A stretch of DNA of 64,000 bases from NCBI GenBank assembly GCA_963841565.1, contig CAWJCY010000006.1, positions 339,979 to 403,978 of the forward strand, read 5' to 3'. Source of the stretch: an uncultured Nitrososphaerales archaeon. Lineage in GTDB: Archaea; Thermoproteota; Nitrososphaeria; Nitrososphaerales; Nitrososphaeraceae. Positions within the stretch are counted from its first letter, which is position 1; each line of letters begins with the position of its first letter. Below, piece after piece: positions 52,943 through 63,999 of the stretch. A program made the translations under genes and the position numbers. The notes beneath the pieces were generated by a model that was not told the DNA's origin, ran no database searches, and was given only the letters and a program-made list of their open reading frames with translations.

Positions 52943-53728
52943 ATGACACTTGCAAAAAGGATTATTCCTTGCTTAGACGTTGATGCCGGTAACGTTGTCA
53001 AGGGTATAAATTTCTCTGATGTGAAAATCGCTGGTGACCCTGTATTCTTTGCAAAAAAATATACTCATGAAGGAGCAGATGAGATAGTCTTTCTTGATAT
53101 CAATGCTTCACATGAAGGCAGAGAAGCCTTAAAAACTGTTATCAAAGAAGTAGCAAGGGTTATCAACATACCATTTACCGTAGGAGGTGGTATCAGGAAT
53201 CTTCATGATGCAAGAGAGATTTTGTTAAGCGGGGCAGATAAAGTCTCAATAAATACTGCGGCAGTAAAGAATCCGGAACTTGTATCTCAATTGATGAATC
53301 TTTTTGGTAAGCAATGTGTTGTTGTGGCTATAGACGTAAAACGGCATCACGTTGGCCACTCAACTGAAAAGAAGAGTTGCTGGTTTGAAGTAAGAATATT
53401 AGGTGGCCGTGAAGGAACAGGCATTGAAGCAATAGAATGGGCAAAGAAAGTAGAAAAACTTGGAGCTGGAGAAATCCTGTTAACAAGTATTGATAAAGAC
53501 GGGACTGAAAATGGATATGATCTTGAATTGATTCGAGCAATCAGTAGAGCAGTTCGGATTCCAGTTATAGCTTCTGGTGGATGTGGATCACAAGAACACA
53601 TACTAGAAGTATTTCGTAGGACCGATGTAGAAGCTGCATTAGCTGCCTCAATTTTTCATTATGAAAAAGCAACTGTAAATTCCGTGAAGCAGTATCTCAA
53701 TGAAAACGGGGTAAACGTCAGAATTTGA
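52943..53728 (+). CDS. hisF: Imidazole glycerol phosphate synthase, cyclase subunit
   Basis: KRIIPCLDV, FLDI, VGGGI, GAGEILLTSID.DG, ALAASIFH. Confidence 0.98.
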   Translation: MTLAKRIIPCLDVDAGNVVKGINFSDVKIAGDPVFFAKKYTHEGADEIVFLDINASHEGREALKTVIKEVARVINIPFTVGGGIRNLHDAREILLSGADKVSINTAAVKNPELVSQLMNLFGKQCVVVAIDVKRHHVGHSTEKKSCWFEVRILGGREGTGIEAIEWAKKVEKLGAGEILLTSIDKDGTENGYDLELIRAISRAVRIPVIASGGCGSQEHILEVFRRTDVEAALAASIFHYEKATVNSVKQYLNENGVNVRI

Positions 53729-53748
53729 AAGCTTCAGCCGTAGAACAT

Positions 53749-55414
53749 CTACTTACATGGCAGGGTAAAGCAAAAGGTGGTACCTTTCTCTCCTTCTGTA
53801 TTGTTTTGGACCCAGATTCTACCTTCATGCGCTTGTATAATACTCTTTGATACGAACAACCCTAATCCAGTACCCTTATCTGACCTTGTGACAAACTTTT
53901 CAAAAATCCTTGGCACGATAGCTGGATCTATACCACAACCAGAATCTGTTACTGCAACAACAGCAATCTGCCTCCCTTCATTTTCTTGCTGTCGTTCTTT
54001 TCTTAATGTTACTAATACAGTCCCTTCACTTGTGAATTCTAAGGCATTACCTATTATATTGCGAACAACTTGAGATATCCTTTCTTTATCAGCTTCGACA
54101 ACTATATTTTCATTTGGAGGTTCATATAGTACAGATACGTCTTTTCCGCTACTTGCAGAATTCGTACCTTCTTTGTAATAGTTTTGTACTATGCTAAAGA
54201 GCAAATCATTCAACTCGAATCTAACTTTTCTTAAAGTTAATCTCTGACTCTCGATTCTACTTGCATCAAGTATATTTTCCGCAAGCCTTTGGAGCCGTTC
54301 GGCATTTCTAATGATGACATCTAGTGATTCTTGCTCCTTACCTTTCATGTACTCCTTCTCATATCTGAGAAGATGAGCTAAACCAACTATAGGTTGAATA
54401 GGTGTCCTTAGCTCGTGTGCGGCAACGTTCATGAACTCTTTTTGCATTCGATTTGCCTTTTTTGATTCTAAATTAATAACTCGCTCATTCCAAAGCAGTT
54501 CAAACATCCATCTATACAAGTCTGCACTTCTTTTGTTATTTGAATAGATGGCAAAACCAATCGCATCTAGAAAGCTTTCTGCTTCTGGTTTTACGAGCTC
54601 CACTCTTAGGAACTTTATGCTATCAATTATGTACAGTCCATGCTGTGAATTGCTGCCATCGATTAATTTAACATTCGGTGAGGCATTGAATATTTTTTTC
54701 TGAATCGGTTTATTCTCTTCAGATAACGGGCAGATAATCTTTATTACCGCGCCATTTCTGGACGCTTCTAGCAATGAATCAACAACACCAAGTCTATCTA
54801 TCCTTATCAAAGCTCTATCATTGGGGAGAAGTAACACGACCTCGTTTACTACAGATTTTGCCAAATCGATCAGAATCTCACTTATCCTCTTAGTGTCATT
54901 GATGATTTCGAAGAATTCTGCCTGTACACCCCTCTCTATTTCTTCAATTCTCTGTTCAGCCGGGATAGACTTATCCCAAAGACTATTGAATAAATATTGT
55001 TGCTGATCAATAATACCCTTGACATTACTGTAAATAATATGTGATTGAATCGAAGATTGAATTTCTGCGTTAGAAGTCGCGATACCAATATAATCGTTAT
55101 TTCTTACAGCAAAGTTTGCTTTAATCCCCTCTACATGGCGAACGACTTCGGCAAATTTCATCAACTCCTTACAATCGTTTATATTTTCACTGTCAATGTC
55201 TGTAAGGAATCTTAATCTAATGCCTCCGTGTTCTTTTTCTGGCATTTACCATCAGTTTCTTGTAAACCTTAAGAACAAATGCTGGAGCATTAGAATCACC
55301 ACAGGCGTCTATTCTATCTTCACCAGATAAAAACTGTAATATGGAATTCATTATATTTTCTTCACCATACAATACTTCTGTCTTTTTAGAATGATTATCT
55401 TGAGAAGATATCAA
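53749..55414 (-). CDS. Cytoplasmic sensor histidine kinase (one extra base at about 55235)
   Basis: AAHELRTP (H box), NIIGNA (N box), DSGCG (G1), GTGLGL (G2). The N-terminal ORF 55217-55414 (TEVLYGEEN...) joins through a frameshift. Confidence 0.88.
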
Positions 55415-55607
55415 GTGGCCAGGTATTAATGTATGCTAGATTTATAATTAAGCATTACTAAATTTTGAAACGAACACACGTACGAGATAGTAAGTTTTGT
55501 TGCTCTTGTGATGAAGCGCTATTTGTGGAGAAATTTGAAGGCTAAACCATGGAAGCTAAATTTACCTCTATAATTCATATATTGATAATAGTTACCCCAT
55601 TTCGGTG

Positions 55608-56439
55608 ATGGATTGTTACCCAAATTGTCGAGATATTATGTATTGGAGATGAATTACTAACAGGATTAGTCTCAAATACCAACTCAGAGTGGCTCTCGAA
55701 GAAGATTACAGGAATCGGTGGATCTGTAAATAGGGTTACGATAGTAGGTGATGACGTTTGTGAGATTTCATCGGCAATAACCGAATCTCTAAAAAGAGGA
55801 ATAGATTGGTTAATAATATCAGGAGGTTTAGGTCCGACTCCCGACGACAAAACATTGGAAGGTGTTGCTTCTGCATTAAGACATAAGCTTGAATTGAGTG
55901 AAAAGGCCGTGGAGATGATGAGAAAGAGCTATGAAAGACTTTCAATTGAGTATCAGTTAAATGAATTTCGGTTAAAAATGGCCATGATGCCTAAGGGTTC
56001 CATTCCTATTCAAAATAAAGTGGGTATCGCTCCGGCAGTTCTGATAGAAGTAAAGTCAAGACAACGATCTAGCAGAAGGATTTTTTGCTTGCCCGGGGTT
56101 CCCATGGAATTGGAAGGGATCTTTTCAGCTTTTGTAATCCCAATTCTTAAAAAACAAATTAGTACAAATTTCCATGTCATCGAAACCACTCATGAAGTAA
56201 TAGGAGTAGGTGAATCTTTCCTTACTCCCATCCTCTTCAAGATAAAGGATTCAAACCTTCCACAATCAATGTATGTAAAAACACACCCCAAGGGATATAC
56301 TTCAGACCATAAACCAATATTGCAAATTCAAATTGTTTCTAAAGGGGAGGATAGAAAAAAAGTTCAATTAAGATATAAAGAGACCTTCAGTCTTCTAATG
56401 GACGAGATTGAAAGGCTAAATGGAAAGGTTGTCGCTTAA
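55608..56439 (+). CDS. CinA-like / molybdopterin-binding-domain protein (start ambiguous)
   Basis: Frame open from 55612: IVEILCIGDELL.G...NTN..WL...VGDD...GGLGPTPDDKT...KMA..P...N..G.AP...LPGVP.E. Confidence 0.88.
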
Positions 56440-56807
56440 ATGGGGTATCAGGTATCACAAAGCGTGTTTAATTCGTTCGTCGGAAAAATATAAAATGAAT
56501 TATCTGATTTTTTGTAATGTACTATCTCCTATCTCATTGAATATTCCGCTATGAAAGTATGAAAACCCTTTCTCAACCTCTGTTCTTGACCCATTCAATT
56601 GCATGAACACACACTTATCTTATGAAAATAGGAAATGACAAATGCTGTAAGAATAGGACGAAGCAATTTAGATGGATTCTAATTGCTCATTGAGAACAAA
56701 TCAAGGAAATACTTAGGATAGTTGAGATCGGGTCTATAGATGGCGAGAGTGGTAGTTGTATTGAAATAAATATTCGGAACAATACAAGAGAGAAAAGCTG
56801 AAAATTT

Positions 56808-57407
56808 ATGACAAATGGTAAGATCATAGTTCTAGAGGGAATAGACAAATCGGGGAAAACAACGCAATCAAAGCTACTCGTGGATTATGTTAGCTCAATG
56901 ACAAGCCTTAAGGCAGTGCAAATGAATTTTCCTAATTATAGTACCTTTAGTGGAATCGAAATCCACAGACACCTAAAAGGCCAGACACTATACAATCCAC
57001 ATGCGTTACACGTTTTATTTACACTAAATAGATATGAAGAGAAGCCTGTCATTGAAAGATTACTTGATGAGGGAACGATCATAGTCATGAATCGCTACTA
57101 TCAAAGTAATATTATTTATGGATTAGCTGATGGGATTACTAGACATGAATGGCTTGAATCTCTCGACGGAGAGATGCCACAAGCTAATCTAATTATAATA
57201 CTGGACATATCTGTAGAGGAATCTATGTCCAGAAATTTGAATCCAGACGTCAATGAGCAAGATAAGAATTATCTTAGAAAGGTAAGAAGCTACTTTATCA
57301 AATATGCCGACGCCTACGGATGGAAGATAGTTGATGCAAACAACAAGTCAAAGGAAGATATCCACAGTGAAGTGATTAAAATAGCTGAGCGATATAAGAT
57401 AATCTGA
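56808..57407 (+). CDS. tmk: Thymidylate kinase
   Basis: EGIDKSGKTTQ, FPNY, NRYE, MNRYYQSN..YG. Confidence 0.9.
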   Translation: MTNGKIIVLEGIDKSGKTTQSKLLVDYVSSMTSLKAVQMNFPNYSTFSGIEIHRHLKGQTLYNPHALHVLFTLNRYEEKPVIERLLDEGTIIVMNRYYQSNIIYGLADGITRHEWLESLDGEMPQANLIIILDISVEESMSRNLNPDVNEQDKNYLRKVRSYFIKYADAYGWKIVDANNKSKEDIHSEVIKIAERYKII

Positions 57408-57615
57408 ATTATCCTATCAAGCCAAGCAGTTATCTGCTTGTTATCGGCCGCCTGTGGTGTTCAATCCGGCTGATTTCTAGTTGTCTGAACAACCTAGAAT
57501 TCTTCTTAACGATTTACGTAAATGCTAGTTACTGAGATTCAGTATCAATTTTTCTTAATCGTAAGGTTTCCGAAGGTCTTAGATATTCAGCAGGTTAAGG
57601 CAAACATTTAGCCAA

Positions 57616-58008
57616 TCATCGACTGATTTCAGAGACTATTTCACCATTCAAATTATCAATGAAAAATGTGAAATTATTCTTCTTATCTGTTACTTTCCAC
57701 ACAAAGTAACTGGCATTGTTTATAGTCGGGTGAGAATCGCCTAAATATCGTCCCACATTATTGGAATTGAGATTTGATTCGTAGAATGACCCATTTCCTT
57801 TTATATGCACAAATTCCGTAACAAAATCTCGTCGATCGGAGGAAGTTAAATTTCTACTGTCAATCACAATTGAGATGGCGTTTTCCTTTGATATTGGCGT
57901 CCTACTAAGGGTAGGTCTTTCGAGTGAGGTAACTATCCCTATATAAACTAAAATTGTCACAATGATACTAATGGTCACGGTTAATGCAAATTTCTTATCG
58001 ATTTTCAT
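57616..58008 (-). CDS. Membrane-anchored hypothetical protein (PepSY-like)
   Basis: N-terminal TM helix, ISKENAI, C-terminal VWKV...FFID..NGEIV. Confidence 0.6.
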   Translation of the reverse strand: MKIDKKFALTVTISIIVTILVYIGIVTSLERPTLSRTPISKENAISIVIDSRNLTSSDRRDFVTEFVHIKGNGSFYESNLNSNNVGRYLGDSHPTINNASYFVWKVTDKKNNFTFFIDNLNGEIVSEISR

Positions 58009-58927
58009 CTTATACTTTCTCTTTTGTACGCTAGATAAATTCATTGGGGGAGATCTTAATATTTGAAATGTTCCGAGATATTGCAATCGTTGTAGGAAGA
58101 AGTGAACTATACAAAAGTAGTGATCCTTAGGTCTAGTAAGTATTTCATTAGTAAATATCTTTGCAGGCAAATGACCGTTTGCCTATAACTTGATGTCTTA
58201 ATTGTCAATCAATATTCTGACAGCATAACACATAAAAGAATTCCAAAAATGATTATTGCTATTTCTTACCCGCGTCGACTCACAAAGGGTTTAACCTAAA
58301 TTAAGGCTAGCAATTGTTTAGCCAGGGGTTAATCCTACTTTTATTGAACCTCCCCTGGCCGCTTTTGAAGAAGAAATGGAATAGTTAGACATGTGCTCAG
58401 CTTGAATATTGTCTTCCTATGCCACAAATTCTTCCTAGATAATAGCCAATGACATTTCTTTAAACATTTCCCTTCCTGGAGGAACATTTTACTAATTTAC
58501 ATGGAATTCGTGGCTTTCCTTTCCTCCTTATTCTCATTTATTATCAAATGTATAGCATATTCGTATTGAAAACGCATCAAGACTTGCAAACTCTATTTAT
58601 CATATCCACCACGTAGTGCTGCCGTTGCACTTACTTTTGAATCAGACAAAATGTAGTCAGCCAAGGTATTATCTAGAATTTCTCCCTAGTTGATCTACAT
58701 CCGTTTGTTATTTTATATGTACACTGCACTTACCATAGTTCCTAAATTATGCTGGTTTATCAGGTCGTCTATTTTGCCCATTACTTTTCTTCGTGCTGCC
58801 AGTAGTCATTCCTTCATAACGAGCACAATTAGGATGTGATTATTTTACTCAAATTGTTGCGGCGCTCAAAAGAGACTTGATTTTAATTAGTAGTGTCCAA
58901 CCTTGAAGTTGCGAATCAACCCCAACA

Positions 58928-59356
58928 TTATTCTGGAGCAAATCCATGATAGTATGATATCTGAGTGTATTCATCTTTAGGCTTCATTTCTACAATTGAA
59001 ATAAGATTGCCTTCGGGGTCTTCAATTATAGCATGTTTGCCAAATGATTCCTCAGATGGTCTCTTGAAAAAGCTTGCCCCCCTCTTCTCCAATTCCTTGC
59101 AAACACTGTCTAAATCGCTTACATTAAATCCTATTAGCGTATTGCGACCGTCGCCCAAACCTTGTTTGACATTTGAGGATTTTTTCTTGTCTCTTTTAGG
59201 GTATAGTGCAAGTACTGTAGATCCTTCCTTTGTAGATAATTCTATCCAATCTTCAGATTCTTGTTTGACTTCCAACTCAAGGACATCCCTATAAAAGCTT
59301 ATTAGTTTGGGAGCGTCTGCAACTAAAAGGATAATTGCGCTGATTTTTCCAAACAT
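58928..59356 (-). CDS. VOC/glyoxalase-family protein
   Basis: L.V.D....FYRDVL.L, F.VSDLD, DPEGNLI. Confidence 0.9.
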   Translation of the reverse strand: MFGKISAIILLVADAPKLISFYRDVLELEVKQESEDWIELSTKEGSTVLALYPKRDKKKSSNVKQGLGDGRNTLIGFNVSDLDSVCKELEKRGASFFKRPSEESFGKHAIIEDPEGNLISIVEMKPKDEYTQISYYHGFAPE

Positions 59357-59508
59357 CTTAGAACAATGGTTTAACGTTTACGAGCTTTAAAAGTATTTAT
59401 CTGATTTAAACAAAAATTCTATTTTCATAGCAATATGAACATTAAGGTTTTATTCATATGTCCAAGATGAATATGAATTTTTGATTTGACCGGTCATTTG
59501 ATTTTGCT

Positions 59509-60309
59509 CTACTTATATAGATCTTTCATTCTTTGTTCTGGCTTGTACTTCTTGACTATGTCGGATAGAGGTACCTTTGCTTTTTGTCCGACAATCTTTA
59601 GCTCGAGCTTTATTTCGCCGTTTTTATCAATATCAATAATATTATACGTATCTTGGAAGATTCCCCTATACCTCCATGAACATGCTGTTCCTGCGTATGC
59701 TATCTGCAATCTTCCTAGATTCCACATCCAAGGCCTATGTTTATGTCCGCAAACAACTAGGTCAACCCCAGAATCTAAACATGCTCTTAGCATATCACCT
59801 GCATCCAATACACCGACAAGATTAGTGTACCCAGTATCAGGTATTGCAACGAGGTGATGATGCATAGCTACTATTTTCACTCTTTTTCTTCCTCTGATCT
59901 TTTCTGAATAATTGCTCATCGTTTTCTCCATCCATAATATTTGCCGATGTCCTACTTCACCCTCATCTCTATCAGGCCTGGCGGTCCCTATAGTAAAAAT
60001 AACGATATTACCATTGTCCAATTCCCAAACATGTTTTGAAGTAGAGGGAAAGAACTTTTTAAACAGTAGATATCCAGTGTGCCTATAGTCATGATTTCCC
60101 GGCAAGATGATGATGTTTGGACAATCAAATCTTTGGATTTCCTTTTGTGCCTTTTCGTACTGATAAATTATCCCTTCGTCAACCAAATCTCCAGAGATGA
60201 TTATTGCATTTGGCTTTAACTCACCATTAATTTCATTGACAATGTCATCAAATGCATTCTGCTTAAAAAGACCACCTATATGAAGATCTGAAATCTGAAC
60301 AATCTGCAT
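59509..60309 (-). CDS. Metallophosphoesterase (CpdA/Icc-like)
   Basis: SDLH, SGDL, PGNHD, MHHH, GHKH. Confidence 0.92.
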   Translation of the reverse strand: MQIVQISDLHIGGLFKQNAFDDIVNEINGELKPNAIIISGDLVDEGIIYQYEKAQKEIQRFDCPNIIILPGNHDYRHTGYLLFKKFFPSTSKHVWELDNGNIVIFTIGTARPDRDEGEVGHRQILWMEKTMSNYSEKIRGRKRVKIVAMHHHLVAIPDTGYTNLVGVLDAGDMLRACLDSGVDLVVCGHKHRPWMWNLGRLQIAYAGTACSWRYRGIFQDTYNIIDIDKNGEIKLELKIVGQKAKVPLSDIVKKYKPEQRMKDLYK

Positions 60310-60392
60310 ATTACACTATAGTTTCTTGAAGGGGATTATTATATTAGACTAGCTATCCAACTAGAAGACATACCAAGAGCACAGGTGTTCTT

Positions 60393-60902
60393 TTATCGGC
60401 TATATGTACTAAATATCTTTATATTCTCATTAATAAAAGGGAGGATCTTTGTTTCTATGGCTTGCTGTACTCCATAATCGACATCAAATGACAGCAGCAG
60501 GTAAAACTTGACCTTGTTGCGCTTGATTTCATCGTCATTACTAATAACAACTTTTTGCTTATCGGTCGTCGAGTGGTCCTCAATGTAAATAATTGGGATC
60601 GTTGCGCGAATAACATTCCGGTACTTACCGATGGAATATTCCTGTCTACCCAATTTCGATTCAAAATCCTCTCGTGTGGCAGATCGCAATACTGACTGGA
60701 GAACGTAGTGGGAGGTTTCCTCTCTTGTTAGCAATGGGATTAGATTATGTCTATAAGAGCTGGCAATCAGTGTTCCCAAGTGGTTCGCGATTCCAACAAA
60801 GCGTATTTTGCTGGCAATTTGCAAGACCCTATCACAAAAAAAACTTAGATCGTCTCTAGAAGTAGATGATGGTGGTGGTGTTGATGAACTATGTCCGGTC
60901 AT
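60393..60902 (-). CDS. Thaumarchaeal roadblock/profilin-like small protein (DUF6659-like)
   Basis: C..VL....IRFVGI....G.LIA..YR..L.PLL..EE......R..F...LG...Y. Confidence 0.65.
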   Translation of the reverse strand: MTGHSSSTPPPSSTSRDDLSFFCDRVLQIASKIRFVGIANHLGTLIASSYRHNLIPLLTREETSHYVLQSVLRSATREDFESKLGRQEYSIGKYRNVIRATIPIIYIEDHSTTDKQKVVISNDDEIKRNKVKFYLLLSFDVDYGVQQAIETKILPFINENIKIFSTYSR

Positions 60903-61917
60903 TTCTCTTGACTATACTACAATGTGATAAATTGCAAGCCTTATTATTGATTTGCCAAGCAACGGGACGAGGCGTCATACGTCACTATCTACGGTTCCTA
61001 AATGAGGCTAGATATAACGTATCGGACCTGATGATAACTGGATTACCACGCTAGCTTTTATGCTGTTAAGATCAAATAGAGTTAGCCAATTGGGGAAGGA
61101 ATTTACATTGACTTCTCGTATAGACCTCGTTTGGTAGTGCAAAGATGTCTGAAAAATGAAGTAACAACAAATAAGAGAAAAAGAAAAATGATGAATGCCT
61201 TATTTTACTGTTGGGACTATCAATTCCTCTTCCTTTAAGCTATTTACTTTCCGAATTGGTTTTTTGTTTGTGATTTTAGCTTCTTCTGTATCAAACATAT
61301 AACAATCGCAGCACATTCTATCATACTTTGGTATTGATGGCTTAAATAGCTTTTTAGGCAAAATTGACCAAGTGGCATGGCTCGTTCAACTTTTGCAAGC
61401 ATTACAAAGGAAGTTTCACTATGTCTGAGCGCATCGTCATTGAAGAGGGAATACAACAGCAACGTATCGGACAGAGTCTCAAAAGAAAGGGTGGCAAATT
61501 GCACATTATAAAGCAAATGGTAAAGGATTGCATTCTCTATTTGAGACATAAGAAGGTTATCACCGAAATCTATCGCCCTTCACGTATCTGCCATTATTCA
61601 CTTCTTCTATACTGAGAGGGATAACGAATACAAAACAGACTGGAAGAAGATAAGGGATGAGATACCGCCTCCTGAGAATGTCCTCCAGGATAGGCCGTAT
61701 ACTATTGAGAAATCAGAAAGATTTTATCCGTTGGCTGCAATGAGTCATGATGATCTGATGGATTCTTTCAGAATGTCTACAGTTCTGGCACTAGTCAGCT
61801 CAGCTCAGCTCAACTACCTTTTATACTACAAGTACTGAAAAAAGTAGGATGAAACAATCATAGTTCAGCTAAAACATTTGTTGCTTTAGCTGTTGTTGCT
61901 TAGCTGCGATGAGGTCT

Positions 61918-62226
61918 TTATTCTTGTATTGAGGCTTGCTGGCCTATACCGTTCTCTTCGATGGAGCCTTGTGCGCCAGCAATAGCGGCTCTATTGTCTT
62001 CGCTTTGTATTTGTGATGCTGTGTTTTGACACCACACATTTTCAGAGAAGTATCCATTGCCACAGTCGTTTACTTATGATACCGCTTGACTCTTTTCATA
62101 TCCACCTTTCTTCCTGTCATTATGTCTCTTCTTGTCTGTAAATGCGTTGTCGGCAGTTGCTAATGCTGTTGCTGCAACTAACATTACTGCTAATGCTGCA
62201 ACTACTGCTAAATATTTGGAATTCAT
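61918..62226 (-). pseudogene. Secreted Q/N-rich protein with a Cys pair, interrupted by one in-frame TAA (62074-62076)
   Basis: MNSKYLAVVAALAVMLVAATALA...YEKSQAVS*VNDCGNGYFSENVWCQNTASQIQSEDNRAAIAGAQ...; not in the ORF track. Confidence 0.7.
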
Positions 62227-62473
62227 ACTTCCGCTAGCTTGATGATTCTTATGTTTATCTGCATTAGGCGAATTCAGCCGCTCAATTTAATCTGATATTT
62301 GTTTTGTTAAAATTAGAAAAAAAGTCTACTTCTGACTTTGATTATGACACATTTCAATTATCTCTGCAGTTCTGGCACTAAAATGAAGAGGATTGATTTA
62401 GCTATTCATCTCCCCCTCCATCATCACCATCATCAGATCCATCACCCCCAGAGCCGCGCCATTGTCTCCATTG

Positions 62474-62524
62474 TCAGGCTGTGGTTCAGGCTCTGGTTCA
62501 GGCTGTGGTTCAGGCTCTGGTTCA
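62474..62524 (-). repeat. 12-bp tandem repeat TCAGGCTSTGGT x4, encoding EPEPEPQP on the minus strand
   Basis: Four units alternating G/C at one position, followed on the minus strand by G/D-rich codons. Confidence 0.85.
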
Positions 62525-62835
62525 ACAGGAGATTACTAGTTAATGATGGCAGCTTGCAGTTTAGAACCTTGGGTACTATATTGTGAAACTTTGATCAAAC
62601 TCAAAGATAGAGGCATGTTCATAGGATATATCAGGACATGGTAGTTTTAATATGAATAGATACCTGATGATCAAATAAAGGCTCAGGTATACATTTACGT
62701 CATGTCCATTACTCAAAACTAATATGTCCCCTCTATAAAGATCGAATTGCTGAATTGTCGTTGACACTCCAACTGGGAGTACAACGATGATCCTTATTAT
62801 TTATATACTACAAGGTGAGAGAATCAGGAGTAGTA

Positions 62836-63450
62836 ATGATTTCTAATTTTTATTATAATAATAAATTTACGACACTTTTCGTTTCTGTGGCGGCAACTAC
62901 ATTATTTCTTTCAATTACCTTAATGCTACCGTTACAATCAACAAATGCTATACAAGACATCACCCTATTTCCTCAATCGATTGCTCCTCCAGTAAAGTTA
63001 ACATATACAAGCCTTGGCGGTGAACTGAGAGGATCGATAGAAGGACTTCTTAGTGACCTCTCAGATATAGCTGGTTCGACTGGCGGACAGCTTTCGGGTA
63101 AAATTGCAAGCTCTGAGATTAATTTGAATAATGGAACTGTTGAGAAGGTATTGTTAGGAAACTGGTCTCTTGACTCGGCGCAAGGTAATAGTCCGGTATT
63201 GGTTGTGGATTTTGACATACTGAGCAATTCAAAAGGTATTCCCCTGAAGCAAATTGCAACTGAGAACTTTATGATTAGCAATCTGACTGTAAGTTCTATG
63301 CAACAAAATGATGGTAATACGGAAATCGGGGGTTCGGTAGATGTAATTCAGCAGCTGGGAAACCAACAGCAACAAGTATGGAATGATGTCGGAATGAGAC
63401 TAATACTAGCAAATAAGGTGCTCCTCTTAACTTTGGATGAAAATTCCGTA
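62836..63450 (+). CDS. Secreted archaeal hypothetical protein truncated at the composition break
   Basis: Signal peptide and beta-rich body. The ORF-track tail after about 63450 is read-through into foreign DNA. Confidence 0.65.
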
Positions 63451-63453
63451 CGT

Positions 63454-63999
63454 TCACGGGTGTTCGGGGTGTTCGTGGATCAGCTGAAGCGCCTTGCCGA
63501 TGTACCGATCCGCAATTGCACCGAGCCACCCACCTTCGCCGGGACCAACGGATTTAATCCAACTGCGCAGCACCTCGACAAAGAGCACCTCGGTCATCCG
63601 CGAGAGCACAGCGAGCTGGCCGGGACGCTGGAGCGCCGCCTCGGCTACCATCCGCTGCAGGATCGTCTCGAGCCAGCCTCGATCTGCCGCGGGCCTCAAG
63701 TGCAGGACCGGCGGTAGCAATTCCAGCACGTTGTTCGCTGACGGCCGCGACAGGCTGAAGCGACCGCAGATCATCGTCGAAAACGGCTCTCGCCCACCGC
63801 CGTGACGGACGAGGCCGATATGCGCCGGCCATCGATCGAGATCGGCCAGCGGGACCGGCTTCGTCCTGCGACCCGACCGAAGGACGTGGGGCTCGCCGCG
63901 GACAATGAGGACGAAATCACCCTCGGCCATCTGAATCGTTGGTCCATCCTCGAGCGCGATGATGGCTGAGCCCCGGCTGAGATAATGAAAGATGGCATC
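63454..63999 (-). CDS. Bacterial cupin-AraC regulator (RclR-like), partial at both ends, high GC
   Basis: FHYLSRG...GDFVLIVRGEPH...ICGRF...LPPVL...LSRMTEVLFVEVLR...GWLGAIAD..IGKAL.LIH..P. It stops where the WT..LA HTH should begin. Confidence 0.88.
   Translation of the reverse strand, partial: DAIFHYLSRGSAIIALEDGPTIQMAEGDFVLIVRGEPHVLRSGRRTKPVPLADLDRWPAHIGLVRHGGGREPFSTMICGRFSLSRPSANNVLELLPPVLHLRPAADRGWLETILQRMVAEAALQRPGQLAVLSRMTEVLFVEVLRSWIKSVGPGEGGWLGAIADRYIGKALQLIHEHPEHP

Noticed and set aside
61244-61760. ORFs 61244-61549 and 61364-61615 as genes
   Set aside because: They overlap on opposite strands and have no motifs; at most an unidentifiable relic
62338-62586. His-rich/(RLWF)n ORF on the plus strand
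   Set aside because: Antisense shadow of the PEPQ and Gly/Asp relic
62815-63717. 300-aa full-length ORF as a real fusion protein
   Set aside because: The last 90 or so codons are antisense read-through into the foreign AraC gene
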